The position numbers and the translations under genes were made by a program. A stretch of 63,590 nt of DNA, counting the filler, from Octopus bimaculoides (lineage: Eukaryota), in the NCBI RefSeq assembly GCF_001194135.2. It is 6 parts of 6 records of this genome, joined end to end, with 100 filler letters (N's around TTAATTAATTAA, not from the genome) between each part and the next. Parts side by side here need not be neighbours in the genome. Positions count along the whole stretch, not along the records: positions 43,973 to 54,815 come from NC_069002.1; positions 54,916 to 60,400 come from NC_068982.1; positions 60,501 to 63,590 come from NW_026395914.1; 3 more parts are not named here. One strand, given 5' to 3'. The notes under the pieces are model-generated. The model was not told the DNA's origin. It saw nothing but the letters and a program-made list of their open reading frames with translations, and ran no database searches. This document shows, in pieces, positions 54,101-63,590 of the stretch; within the stretch, counting starts at the first letter, position 1, and each line of letters starts with the position of its first letter.

Positions 54101-54815
54101 TGTTCTTTCGTTCGTTCGTGCTTTTGTTCGTTCGTGGCTTCTTTCATTCGTAGGTACATACGTACTTAGCTACGTATTTACGTACATTCGTACGTACGTA
54201 CCTACCTAGGTACGTTCGTTTCCTCGTTCGTTCGTTCTTTCATTCGTACATACGTTCATACTTACGTTCGTTCTTCTTTCATTCGTACATATGTACTTTG
54301 GTACGTATTTACGTACGTACGTACATTCGTTCGTTCGATCGTCCGTTCGTACGCACTTATCTACGTACGTACGTTCGTTCGCTGGGTCGTTCGTATGTAC
54401 GTACGTACGTACGTACGTTAGTCGTTCGTTCGTTCTTACGTACGTTCGTTCGTTCGTTCTTTCGTGCGTACGTCTTTACTAACGTACATCCGTACGTACG
54501 TTTGTTCTCTCGTCCTTTCGTGCCTACGTACGTACGTTCGTTCGTTATTTCGTACGTTCGTTCGTTCGTTTGTTCGATCGATCGTTCATATTTATTTACG
54601 TACTTCCTTCGTTGTTCGTTTGTTCTTTCGTTCGTGTTTTCGTACCTAAGTTCGTCCGTTCGTTCATTAGTTCTTTCATTGGTTCATTCTTTGGTTAGTT
54701 CGTTCGTTCGTACGTATGTACGTATCTACGTTCGTTTGTTCATTCGTACATACGTACTTAGGTACGTATTTACGTACGTACGTACGTACATTCGTTCGTT
54801 CGATCGTCCTTTCGT
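43973..54815. repeat. Complex CpG-rich satellite built from ACGA/ACGT tetramers, with a ~1.1-1.3 kb higher-order unit and an internal inversion
   Basis: The entire scaffold is tetramer-derived. Landmark words (gtaggcacg..ggacgagagaac, gaagccacg, gcaggaaggtacg, gaaattactttcg, gatgggacgcacg) recur in ordered fashion; gtaggcac spacing is 1148 nt (45733 to 46881) and 1260 nt (49507 to 50767). Polarity flips at ~52821. Confidence 0.95.
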
Positions 54816-54915
54816 NNNNNNNNNNNNNNNNNNNNNNNNNNNNNNNNNNNNNNNNNNNNTTAATTAATTAANNNNNNNNNNNNNNNNNNNNNNNNNNNNN
54901 NNNNNNNNNNNNNNN
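54816..54915. other. Artificial scaffold linker
   Basis: 44 N + TTAATTAATTAA + 44 N. Confidence 0.95.
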
Positions 54916-55170
54916 ATTTGGTAGACGGAAACTGAAAGAAGCCCGTCGTATGTATGTATATATATATGTATGTGTATGTATATGCTTGTGTGTCTGTGTT
55001 TGTTCCCCCAACATCGCTTGACAACCGATGCTGGTGTGTTTACGCAAAAGAGACCGATAGAATAAGTACTAGGCTTACAAAGAATAAGTCCTGGGGTCGA
55101 TTTGCTCGACTAAAGGCGGTGCTCCAGCATGGCCACAGTCAAATGACTGAAACAAGTAAAAGAGTAAAAG
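54916..55170 (+). mobile_element. Family B SINE, 3' portion
   Basis: atttggtagacggaaactgaaagaagcccgtcg...gaataagtcctggggtcga...ggcggtgctccagcatggcc...aaacaagtaaaagagtaaaag; closely matches the reverse complement of 58735-59040. Confidence 0.9.
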
Positions 55171-55220
<50 letters not shown>

Positions 55221-55523
55221 ATGTATGTATGTATGTATGTATGTGCATGTGTGTGAATGTATGAATATATGGAATAATCGGGTTCACGATTTCAACCGCT
55301 AGTTCAAACAGTGACGAAAGGTACCAATGTAACAATATATGGGCAACAATGTTCGTACGTGATTGTTTAATTGTATATTCATATTAACAAAATAAAATAT
55401 ATACACTATAATTGATGTATTGAATACGTTTTCCCTGATGTGTAGATACAAATATTTATCAAGCTCTTTCTCTATACGTGTGCTTATGAGTGGTGTGTTT
55501 TTATACATACACACATACATACA

Positions 55524-55569
<46 letters not shown>

Positions 55570-56401
55570 NNNNNNNNNNNNNNNNNNNNNNNNNNNNNNN
55601 NNNNNNNNNNNNNNNNNNNNNNNNNNNNNNNNNNNNNNNNNNNNNNNNNNNNNNNNNNNNNNNNNNNNNNNNNNNNNNNNNNNNNNNNNNNNNNNNNNNN
55701 NNNNNNNNNNNNNNNNNNNNNNNNNNNNNNNNNNNNNNNNNNNNNNNNNNNNNNNNNNNNNNNNNNNNNNNNNNNNNNNNNNNNNNNNNNNNNNNNNNNN
55801 NNNNNNNNNNNNNNNNNNNNNNNNNNNNNNNNNNNNNNNNNNNNNNNNNNNNNNNNNNNNNNNNNNNNNNNNNNNNNNNNNNNNNNNNNNNNNNNNNNNN
55901 NNNNNNNNNNNNNNNNNNNNNNNNNNNNNNNNNNNNNNNNNNNNNNNNNNNNNNNNNNNNNNNNNNNNNNNNNNNNNNNNNNNNNNNNNNNNNNNNNNNN
56001 NNNNNNNNNNNNNNNNNNNNNNNNNNNNNNNNNNNNNNNNNNNNNNNNNNNNNNNNNNNNNNNNNNNNNNNNNNNNNNNNNNNNNNNNNNNNNNNNNNNN
56101 NNNNNNNNNNNNNNNNNNNNNNNNNNNNNNNNNNNNNNNNNNNNNNNNNNNNNNNNNNNNNNNNNNNNNNNNNNNNNNNNNNNNNNNNNNNNNNNNNNNN
56201 NNNNNNNNNNNNNNNNNNNNNNNNNNNNNNNNNNNNNNNNNNNNNNNNNNNNNNNNNNNNNNNNATATATATATATATATATAAACAATTTGTATACCAG
56301 CATATGAATTTGCACATCTATTGCATTTGTAGGGTATGGGGTATATGGCGAAATACTCCCGAAAACAGAAATCAATCCAATATCCAAAAAATGTTGCGTA
56401 T

Positions 56402-56415
56402 TTTATTTGTTTATT
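56402..56415 (-). terminator. Two AATAAA polyadenylation signals downstream of the Ilp7-like stop codon
   Basis: Plus-strand tttatt at 56402-56407 and 56410-56415, ~90-100 nt past TGA (56502), followed on the minus strand by U/GU-rich sequence. Confidence 0.5.
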
Positions 56416-56501
56416 TAAATTCATAGCAAAAATAATGATTAATTGAGAAAATCCAAAATGTAAATTTGAAGACGGGTACTGTAGAAGATAGTACCAGTAA
56501 A

Positions 56502-56722
56502 TCAGAAAGTTGGACAGTTGCCATTCTCACCTGAGGTTTGATATCGGGAATGAGAATGACAGAATTCTGCATACTCTTCCCATGTACAACCTTTCATATA
56601 ACAACACTCTTCCATGATTCCGCCGGCTTGACCTCGTTTAACCATCGTGTGCTCCCGTTTTAGATAGCTAAATGCTTCGGAGTCCTGCAGTAAAAATGGA
56701 AACCTGAGGGAACGTCGATGAC
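56502..56722 (-). CDS. ILP7: Ilp7/relaxin-type insulin-like peptide, last visible coding exon (C-peptide end, A chain, C-terminal extension)
   Basis: Acceptor tttgctcttatcctttacAG at 56723, phase 1, compatible with the upstream exon. Encodes HRRSLRFPFLLQDSEAFSYLKREHTMVKR-GQAGGIMEECCYMKGCTWEEYAEFCHSHSRYQTSGENGNCPTF*. ECC...GCTWEEYAE[YF]C is the diagnostic A-chain motif of Drosophila Ilp7 orthologues. Confidence 0.95.
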
Positions 56723-56785
56723 CTGTAAAGGATAAGAGCAAATGCATGATTATTAGAATTATTAATATTGTTATTAATATTATTA

Positions 56786-57000
56786 AAGGCGGCGAACTGG
56801 TGGAATCATTAGCACGCCGTACAAAAAGCTTAACGGCATTTCGCCCGTCTTCACGTTCCGAATTCAAATTCCCCCTAGTTCGACTTTGCCCTCCATTCTT
56901 TCGGAGTCGATAAAATATGTACCAGTTGAGTACTGGAGGTCGATGTGATCGACTTATCTCCTCCCCTAAAATTTCTGGCCTTGTGCCAAAAATTTGAATC
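56786..57000 (+). mobile_element. Family A SINE inside the Ilp7-like intron (antisense to the gene)
   Basis: aaggcggcgaactggtggaatcattagcacgccg...ttcaaattcc...cgactttgcc...ggccttgtgccaaaaatttgaatc. Confidence 0.9.
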
Positions 57001-57891
57001 CAGTATTTAGTTGAGTCCTTTTTACATTTTACATTCGAATCCTGCAGAGATCTATTTTCCGTCGCGGTTTTTTTCTTTTTCCTACACACAAATTATCTAA
57101 AGCAAAATTTTCGAATGTGTCCTTTCTCTTTTAAGACTGTAGGATGTGATTCGAGCCAGATTTAGCTGCTAACTTTAGCAGATCGAGTGATCACAAAAAG
57201 CTCCCTTCCTTGACTTGACAGAGCTCTTAATAGATGTTGATTCCCATTGTTATTTGGAAAATTTGAGACGCCAGTAATAGTTCCAATTACAAAATCTATC
57301 TTCAGTTAATGATATCCTTTTATCCTCATATGAATCTAATATTCTACTTCTTACATTTCCGCTAAATGTTTCAGATTGTATATTTACGTGGAGATTAGTG
57401 TATTATTGGTTAATTCATAAATACGTTTTAGGTAAAAATTCTGCATGTCTAAAGATTCGATAAACTTTCAAAGAAAATATTTTGAAATCACAAATATCTT
57501 GAATCATATGAGGTGAAATGTTATTCTTTTAAGAAAAAATATATTAAGATTTCAGAAATATCAAAAGTCCAAAATTTATGATATTTCGTACCTTCAAGAT
57601 TCAAAGATCTAACTCCTTTTTTCATAGCAAAGTTATTGTAATATAAAGCTATACAATTTCAATATTAAGATATCTTGAAACTACAAATACACGAGAACAG
57701 TTAAACTTTGCATTCGTTTGATAATAAAGAAAATTTAGGAAAAATATCAAAATCGAAAATGATAATCTGTGTTGTATCATTGTTACACAATATTAATTTT
57801 AAAATATAATACTGTTATCATGCACAATATTTACTGGAATACTCTTTAAAATATATTTTGAAATGAATAAATTTATTTTAATATGACTTAC

Positions 57892-58097
57892 GTCTTAACT
57901 GGTGTTGGCTGAGAGGTCTCCTGACGTCATTAGTGTCTACTGAGATATTGGTGCTCCGGCGAAGGCGGCGTGGAGGTCGTTTGTTAATGATCTTGTAGAT
58001 GTCGTTTTGACAAGCAATGCTGATATGTGGACCTAATTCTGCTCGACATCGCCGAAAACATTCTTGGTTCCATACATTTCTCCAATGCTGGAAGTTC
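57892..58097 (-). CDS. ILP7: Ilp7/relaxin-type insulin-like peptide, B-chain and C-peptide exon
   Basis: 206-nt exon with acceptor tttcgcgtAG (58098) and donor C|GTAAGT (57891). Encodes NFQHWRNVWNQECFRRCRAELGPHISIACQNDIYKIINKRPPRRLRRSTNISVDTNDVRRPLSQHQLR, which aligns with the Drosophila Ilp7 B chain as recalled (DWENVWHQETHSRCRDKLVRQLYWACEKDIYRL). Splicing to 56722 keeps the frame (C+GT = Arg). Confidence 0.95.
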
Positions 58098-58576
58098 CTA
58101 CGCGAAATATATACACACATATATATATACAGATACATATNNNNNNNNNNNNNNNNNNNNNNNNNNNNNNNNNNNNNNNNNNNNNNNNNNNNNNNNNNNN
58201 NNNNNNNNNNNNNNNNNNNNNNNNNNNNNNNNNNNNNNNNNNNNNNNNNNNNNNNNNNNNNNNNNNNNNNNNNNNNNNNNNNNNNNNNNNNNNNNNNNNN
58301 NNNNNNNNNNNNNNNNNNNNNNNNNNNNNNNNNNNNNNNNNNNNNNNNNNCTTCAACTGAAAGGAACACAGAAAGAAATAAGGAGAGAAACATATATATA
58401 TACAACGGCAAGTTAGTAGGGTTATGTTGTTCATGGATTTGGAAATAGTGTTGTATGTGATGGGATTGTAGATAGTAGTGGTAGTCTTCTACATATATTG
58501 AGTTTCTACGAGGAATATTAATAGAGAGCATGGAAAATACGAACAAATATGAATCTGTTGTTGTTTATCTTCAAGT

Positions 58577-58607
<31 letters not shown>

Positions 58608-58734
58608 ACACATATACACACACAGACACAAACATACACTGAATGAGTAGCCCTACGATCACAGGTCTTCCAGATATGCTCATTTCGTTTTTAATATCCA
58701 AACCTCATTCCATAATATTCAACTTTGGACCATT

Positions 58735-59160
58735 ACTCTTTTACTCTTTTACTTGTTTCAATCATTTGACTGCGGCCATGCTGGAGCACCGCCTTTAGTC
58801 GACCCCAGGACTTATTCTTTGTAAGCCTAGTATTTATTCTATCGGTCTCTTTTGCCGAACCGCTAAGTTACGAGGACGTAAACACACTAGCATCGGTTGT
58901 CAAGCGATGTTGGGAGCCAAACACAGACACACAAACATACACAAACATACACAAACATACACAAACACATACATACATAAATATATATATGTACATATAT
59001 ACGACGGGTTTCTTTCAGTTTCCGTCTACCAAATCCACTCACAAGGCTTTGGTCGGCCCGAGGCCATAGTAGAAAACACTTGCCGAAGGGCCCACAAGGT
59101 GGGACTGAACCCGGAACCATGTGGTTGGTAAGCAAGCTACTTACCACACAGCCACTCCTA
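58735..59160 (-). mobile_element. Complete family B (CORE-type) SINE
   Basis: Minus-strand head gtaggagtggctgtgtggtaagtag...gggttcagtcccac, body to ...ctttgtgagtggatttggtagacgg, internal (AC)-rich tract, and 3' part ending aaacaagtaaaagagtaaaag. Confidence 0.9.
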
Positions 59161-59974
59161 CGGCATTGTTCATTGATTTATTTTTTTATTTTTATGACTA
59201 CTAATCTCGCAAATCTCATTAAAATGTTTGGAGGGGTTAAATATCAGACTTCATTATCCAAAGATTCATTCTTTAAAACGGTAGGTTTTGATTTAAGGGA
59301 GATTTGGCTAATATTTCCTGTTGGTCGAGTGACGACGTACAAGCTATGCCTTTGGCTCGCAATTATGTATCTGCTATTAGTCGTGGGGGGTAGTTATGGT
59401 TGTAGTATTGTAGATAGTACTGTTGTAGTGATTTTAGTAGTGTAGGTGGTAGCGACGGTACTTGTAGAGGTGTTGATGGGAAGGTGATAGTCGGAACATA
59501 AGAATAGTGGGTGTGGTGGGTGTTGTGGTTCTAGTGATGGAAGCAGTAGTAGTGGTGGTAGTACTCGTAGCGGTGGTGGTGGTGGCGCTGCTGCTACTGG
59601 TGCCGCTACTAGTTCTGGTAGGTTTGGAAAAAGTGTTGTTTGTGATGGGGAAAGCAGGTTATGATGTTGGTAGTGTTGGTGATGGTGTTGGTGGTAGTGG
59701 TAATGTTGGTTTTAGTGTGGTGGTTGTAGTTGTTATTGTGATGGGGGTTACTGTGTTGATGGTAGCGATGGTGGAGGTGATGGTGACGTCTGTATAATTC
59801 ATATAGGGTGATATACAATAAATATATAATGCAATAAATATATAATTGGTAAGATTTACAATGCTTATGTAATTGATATAAAGGTGTTTATTGTAAGCAA
59901 AATTAACATAGAACTCAACTATATATATAATANNNNNNNNNNNNNNNNNNNNNNNNNNNNNNNNNNNNNNTGTG

Positions 59975-60300
59975 TGTGTGTAAAAGAATACAAAATGGGA
60001 CAAGAACGCAAAACATCCAGATAGACGATACAAAGAAAACAAGGACGGGTCATTCGGAGTTTTCTTTCATCAGTCAAGTTCCAGACTATCGGAGAAAGTT
60101 ACACAAATACAAATAATAAGACATAACAACAGGTGACTTTCGACTAAGGACGAATTAAATTAACATGGCGTGTGTGGAAGTAAAGCCTTACGACAAGGAT
60201 ACAAGATTTCACAGGTACAAGGAAGAATATAGATGTTGCACGGACAACGGCCGAACCAAGAAAGAAAGGTCAGGCTTGGCCGAACACCGGTCACGTGAGG
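59975..60300. repeat. Unclassified interspersed repeat (related copy at ~15860-15965)
   Basis: aaaacatccaga.aga.gatacaaa...ggacgg.tcattcggagttttcttt..tcagtc.agttccaga is shared between the two loci. Confidence 0.7.
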
Positions 60301-60400
60301 AGAGAAGAGAGAGAGGTAGAGGCAGAGGGACAGAAGAAATAAAAAGGGACGAGAAAAAATGACAGAGACACAGTGAAGTGAAAAGAAGAGGGAAAGTGAG

Positions 60401-60500
60401 NNNNNNNNNNNNNNNNNNNNNNNNNNNNNNNNNNNNNNNNNNNNTTAATTAATTAANNNNNNNNNNNNNNNNNNNNNNNNNNNNNNNNNNNNNNNNNNNN
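60401..60500. other. Artificial scaffold linker
   Basis: 44 N + TTAATTAATTAA + 44 N. Confidence 0.95.
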
Positions 60501-60531
<31 letters not shown>

Positions 60532-60971
60532 TATGCATGTTTGTATGAATATATACAGTTATAGAGATGGAGGGGGTAGATGAAACAGAAGTATATTTTA
60601 TATTTTTGATAAATAAAATTTTAGCGGACAAAAGTTTCATCCTGATTTAAAACTTCGCCATCATCATCTTCATCATCATCATCGTTTATATATTTGCCAC
60701 AAGGATGAAAATTGAGGAGACATTGGATGGAGAAATTACAAAAATTTATCTGATATGAAGTTTACAAAGAATCTTGTATGACAAAGGAACCTCGAAAAGC
60801 AACAGTAAAGACATATGTCTTAACTGAGATGTTCCAGCCGAAGCACAGTCATTTGGGCCAATAAGTGGACTTCTGTAAATCCAGTATTATCCTTATTCCT
60901 AGAGTAAAAGCTTTCTTCTATGCTGAGTGTAGGGCCTTTCAACCAACAAGCTCTAAAAATATTGGTCAGTA

Positions 60972-61187
60972 GGGCGGCGATCTGATAGAAATATTAGCAC
61001 GCCAGGCGAACTGCATAGCGATATTTCGTCTGTCTTTACGTTCTGAGTACAAATTCCGCCGAGATCAACTTTGCCTTTCTTCCTTTCGGGGTCGATAAAT
61101 TAAGAACCAGTTGTTCACTGGGTCGATCTAATCGACTGGCCCCCTCGCCCAAAATTTCAGCCGTTGTGCCTAGAGTAGAAAAGAATA
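60972..61187 (+). mobile_element. Full-length family A SINE with 12-bp target-site duplication
   Basis: Flanked by TATTGGTCAGTA (60960-60971) and TACTGGTCAGTA (61188-61199). Confidence 0.9.
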
Positions 61188-61382
61188 TACTGGTCAGTAA
61201 TATCTGCGGCTCCGAGGGGGTGGGGAAGCTGGGAAAATTGTTTGGACGCCTGACATGATGCCTAGTGTCATTTCATCCGTCTTAACGAAATCTATATTTC
61301 TATCTATCTATCTAGCTAGCTATATCCCTTTTTCTATTTGTCACTCTCTCTTTCTCTCTCCCTTCATATATATATATATATG

Positions 61383-61695
61383 AGAGAGCACTCCGTCGGT
61401 TACGACGAGGGTCCCAGCTGATACGATCAACGGAACAGCCTGCTCATGAAATTAACGTGCAGGTAACTGAGCAATCCACAGACACGTGTACCCCTAACGT
61501 AGTTCTCAGGGAGACTCAACGTGACGCATAGCGTGACAAAGCCGGCCCTTTGAAATACAAGTACTACTAATTTTTGCCAGGTGAGTGGATTGGAGCAACG
61601 TGAAATAAAGTCTCTTGCTCAAGGACACAGCGCGTCGCCGTGAATCGAACTCACGCCCTTATGATCGTGAGCCGTATGCCCTAACCACTAAGCCA
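61383..61695 (-). mobile_element. tRNA-derived SINE, family C
   Basis: Near-identical to 7577-7907. Confidence 0.88.
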
Positions 61696-62603
61696 TATAT
61701 ACATATATAACAGAGTTTATTAGTGATGAATGCATATATCTGTATATGAATAGAACATATCTTTATAACTCCTGGATTTTCAGAACGATGCGAAGCGTCA
61801 TCCTATCCTCAGTCACAGTTATTCTTGATAGCCATGTACTTGGCGGAAAGCTTAATACGAGATCTGTATGATTCTTTGAATTCTTGTTATTACTCTCTCT
61901 GTGTATATATATATATGCATAAACTAAATATACAGCGCGTCGTTGGTTTAATAGACACTTTTATATGATCAGCAACTGTAGTTCTTATTTTATGACGAAC
62001 GAAATTAAGTGGGCGGCATGTTAATCCCAACAAAATAGAAAATTTTTATAATGGATTTATAATGGATATGAAAACAAAACATTTTACAACATACATAATT
62101 AAAAGAACATTAATGGAGGAAATATAGTCAGAACAGGAAAGAATAGAAATATATATTTTAGCAATAAAACAAAATTATATACAGCAAGATATGCCATACA
62201 AAGTAAAATAATCATGGTTGGAATTGCTAGAATATAAGGTTGTGTGTTGCTATATGCTTATAAAGTACAATAAATTTGGATTAAAAGAACAATAATATTA
62301 GATGTGTATATTATTGAAAATAATGTAAACAGATAGGAAAAACATTACATTGTAGGCCAGTAGTTTAAATACGACTAGTTTCAGTTTGTCGCCAGTTTAT
62401 GTATTAGCGATATTGTTTCGATGGTAAGTGTTGAAGACATTCAAAATGTTTCAATTATTTTTGAGTCTGTAGGTTACAGGATTCGATAGAATATCACATG
62501 TAATGTACGTTTATCATCAAGATATTAATTCTGTCAGACTTCAGTCTGTTTGATTCTATGGGAAGCTAACCAGGAGAATGTGTTGGAATTTTCCTTCACG
62601 AAT

Positions 62604-63005
62604 AGGCGCAGGCGTTGCTGTGTGGTAAGAAGGGCGGCGACCTGGCAGAACCGTTAGCACACCGGGCGAAATGCTTAACGGTATTTCGTCTGCTGTCACG
62701 TTCTGAGTTCAAATTCCGCCGAGGTCGACTTTGCCTTTCATCCTTTCGGGGGCCGATAAAATTAAATACCAGTTACGCACTGGGGTCGATGTAACCGACT
62801 TAATCCCTTTGTCTGTCCTTGTTTGTCCCCTCTATGTTTAGCCCCCTGTGGGCAATAAAGAAACAAGAAGCTTGCTTCGCAACCACATGGTTCCATGTTC
62901 TGTCCCACTGTGCGGCATCATGGGCAAGTGTCTTATACTCTTGCCTTCAGTCAATCAAAGCATTGTAAGTGGATTTAGTACACGGAAACTGGAAGAAGCC
63001 CGTCG
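62604..63005 (+). mobile_element. Family B SINE interrupted by a nested family A SINE (62633-62864)
   Basis: The B head ggcgcaggcgttgctgtgtggt-AAGAAG resumes after the insert as AAGAAG-cttgcttcgcaaccacatgg; AAGAAG is duplicated at 62627-62632 and 62865-62870. Confidence 0.9.
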
Positions 63006-63158
63006 TATATATATATATATATATATACGTATTTATTGGAAAATGTGTGAAATCCTTGGTACAGTTAGGTATATTTGAAAAAGGAAAAGTATCACTTCAC
63101 TGGTAGTTCTAATCAATTTAATTTTCTAATAATATAATTTTACAGTTTGTTTTTTTTA

Positions 63159-63415
63159 GACCCAAATGACACTCGAGTTTCAGTTACACAAGATCTCGTT
63201 GATTATGTCGAGAACGATGAAACTTTTTGACAATTTTGCATAAGCCACTGAGCAGGAATCGCCAAGCTTTTGGCAAAATTTGATGCAGATTCACTTCTGA
63301 ACTTTGTCTGTCGTGTTAAATGCGACGATTATACGCTACACACCTACCTCCCAAACATTGCTTTAAAGAACGGAAGTGAGCTAGAAAGTTAAAATTTAGT
63401 GCACATGCACGAGAA
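63159..63415. mobile_element. Rearranged mariner-type transposase relic
   Basis: Minus strand ~63325-63228 reads TDKVQK*ICIKFCQKLGDSCSVAYAKL (mariner N-terminal EQR.CIKFC.KLG). Plus strand 63159-63227 reads DPNDTRVSVTQDLVDYVENDETF (resembles the segment preceding the mariner I.TGDE motif). Confidence 0.6.
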
Positions 63416-63590
63416 ATTAAGAACCAATTGTGTACTGGGGACGATCTAATTGATTGACCCCTTCCCAAAAATTTCAAGCCTTGTGCCTAAAATAAAAAAG
63501 AATTTTAGACTATTTTCTTTAGTCAATACACAGTGATCGCTTATAAGACTTAAGCGTATAATATTATATACATACATATATATATATATA

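Noticed and set aside
43973-54815. Many 60-665 aa ORFs (RTYVRSFV.. / ERTNERT..)
   Set aside because: By-product of tetramer repeats that lack stop codons; not protein-coding. Not a CRISPR array either, since there are no unique spacers and no cas genes.
58351-58434. MNNITLLTCRCIYICFSPYFFLCSFQLK as the Ilp7 signal peptide
   Set aside because: Its hydrophobicity comes from an (AT)n tract and a polypyrimidine tract ending in CAG; better explained as an intron 3' end, though not excluded.
59390-59820. Thr/Pro-rich (minus) or Val/Gly-rich (plus) mucin-like ORFs upstream of the Ilp7-like gene
   Set aside because: Decayed GTA/GTG trinucleotide low-complexity sequence with stops and frameshifts; no splice support.

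Overview
AT-rich, microsatellite-dense, gappy animal genomic DNA. The SINE, RTE and Penelope repertoire points to a cephalopod, most likely Octopus (inference from recalled repeat families, not a database search). Five artificial 100-nt linkers (44 N + TTAATTAATTAA + 44 N) split the window into six scaffold pieces, so adjacency across them is unproven. The one clear host gene is a minus-strand insulin/relaxin-superfamily gene of the Drosophila Ilp7 (arthropod relaxin) type. Two of its coding exons are visible (58097-57892 and 56722-56502); the signal-peptide exon probably lies in the gap at 58141-58350. The rest is mobile or repetitive: an internally deleted Gypsy element, Penelope-like, Tx1/L1 and RTE fragments, three tRNA-derived SINE families, a TTAA MITE, a Helitron end and a rearranged mariner relic. 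Most notable besides the gene are a foldback element with head-to-head telomeric repeats, a tRNA-like cassette beside a Penelope-type hammerhead motif, and a ~10.8-kb CpG-rich (ACGA/ACGT) higher-order satellite with an internal strand inversion. Nearly all ORFs in the supplied track are spurious (microsatellites, satellite, N runs).
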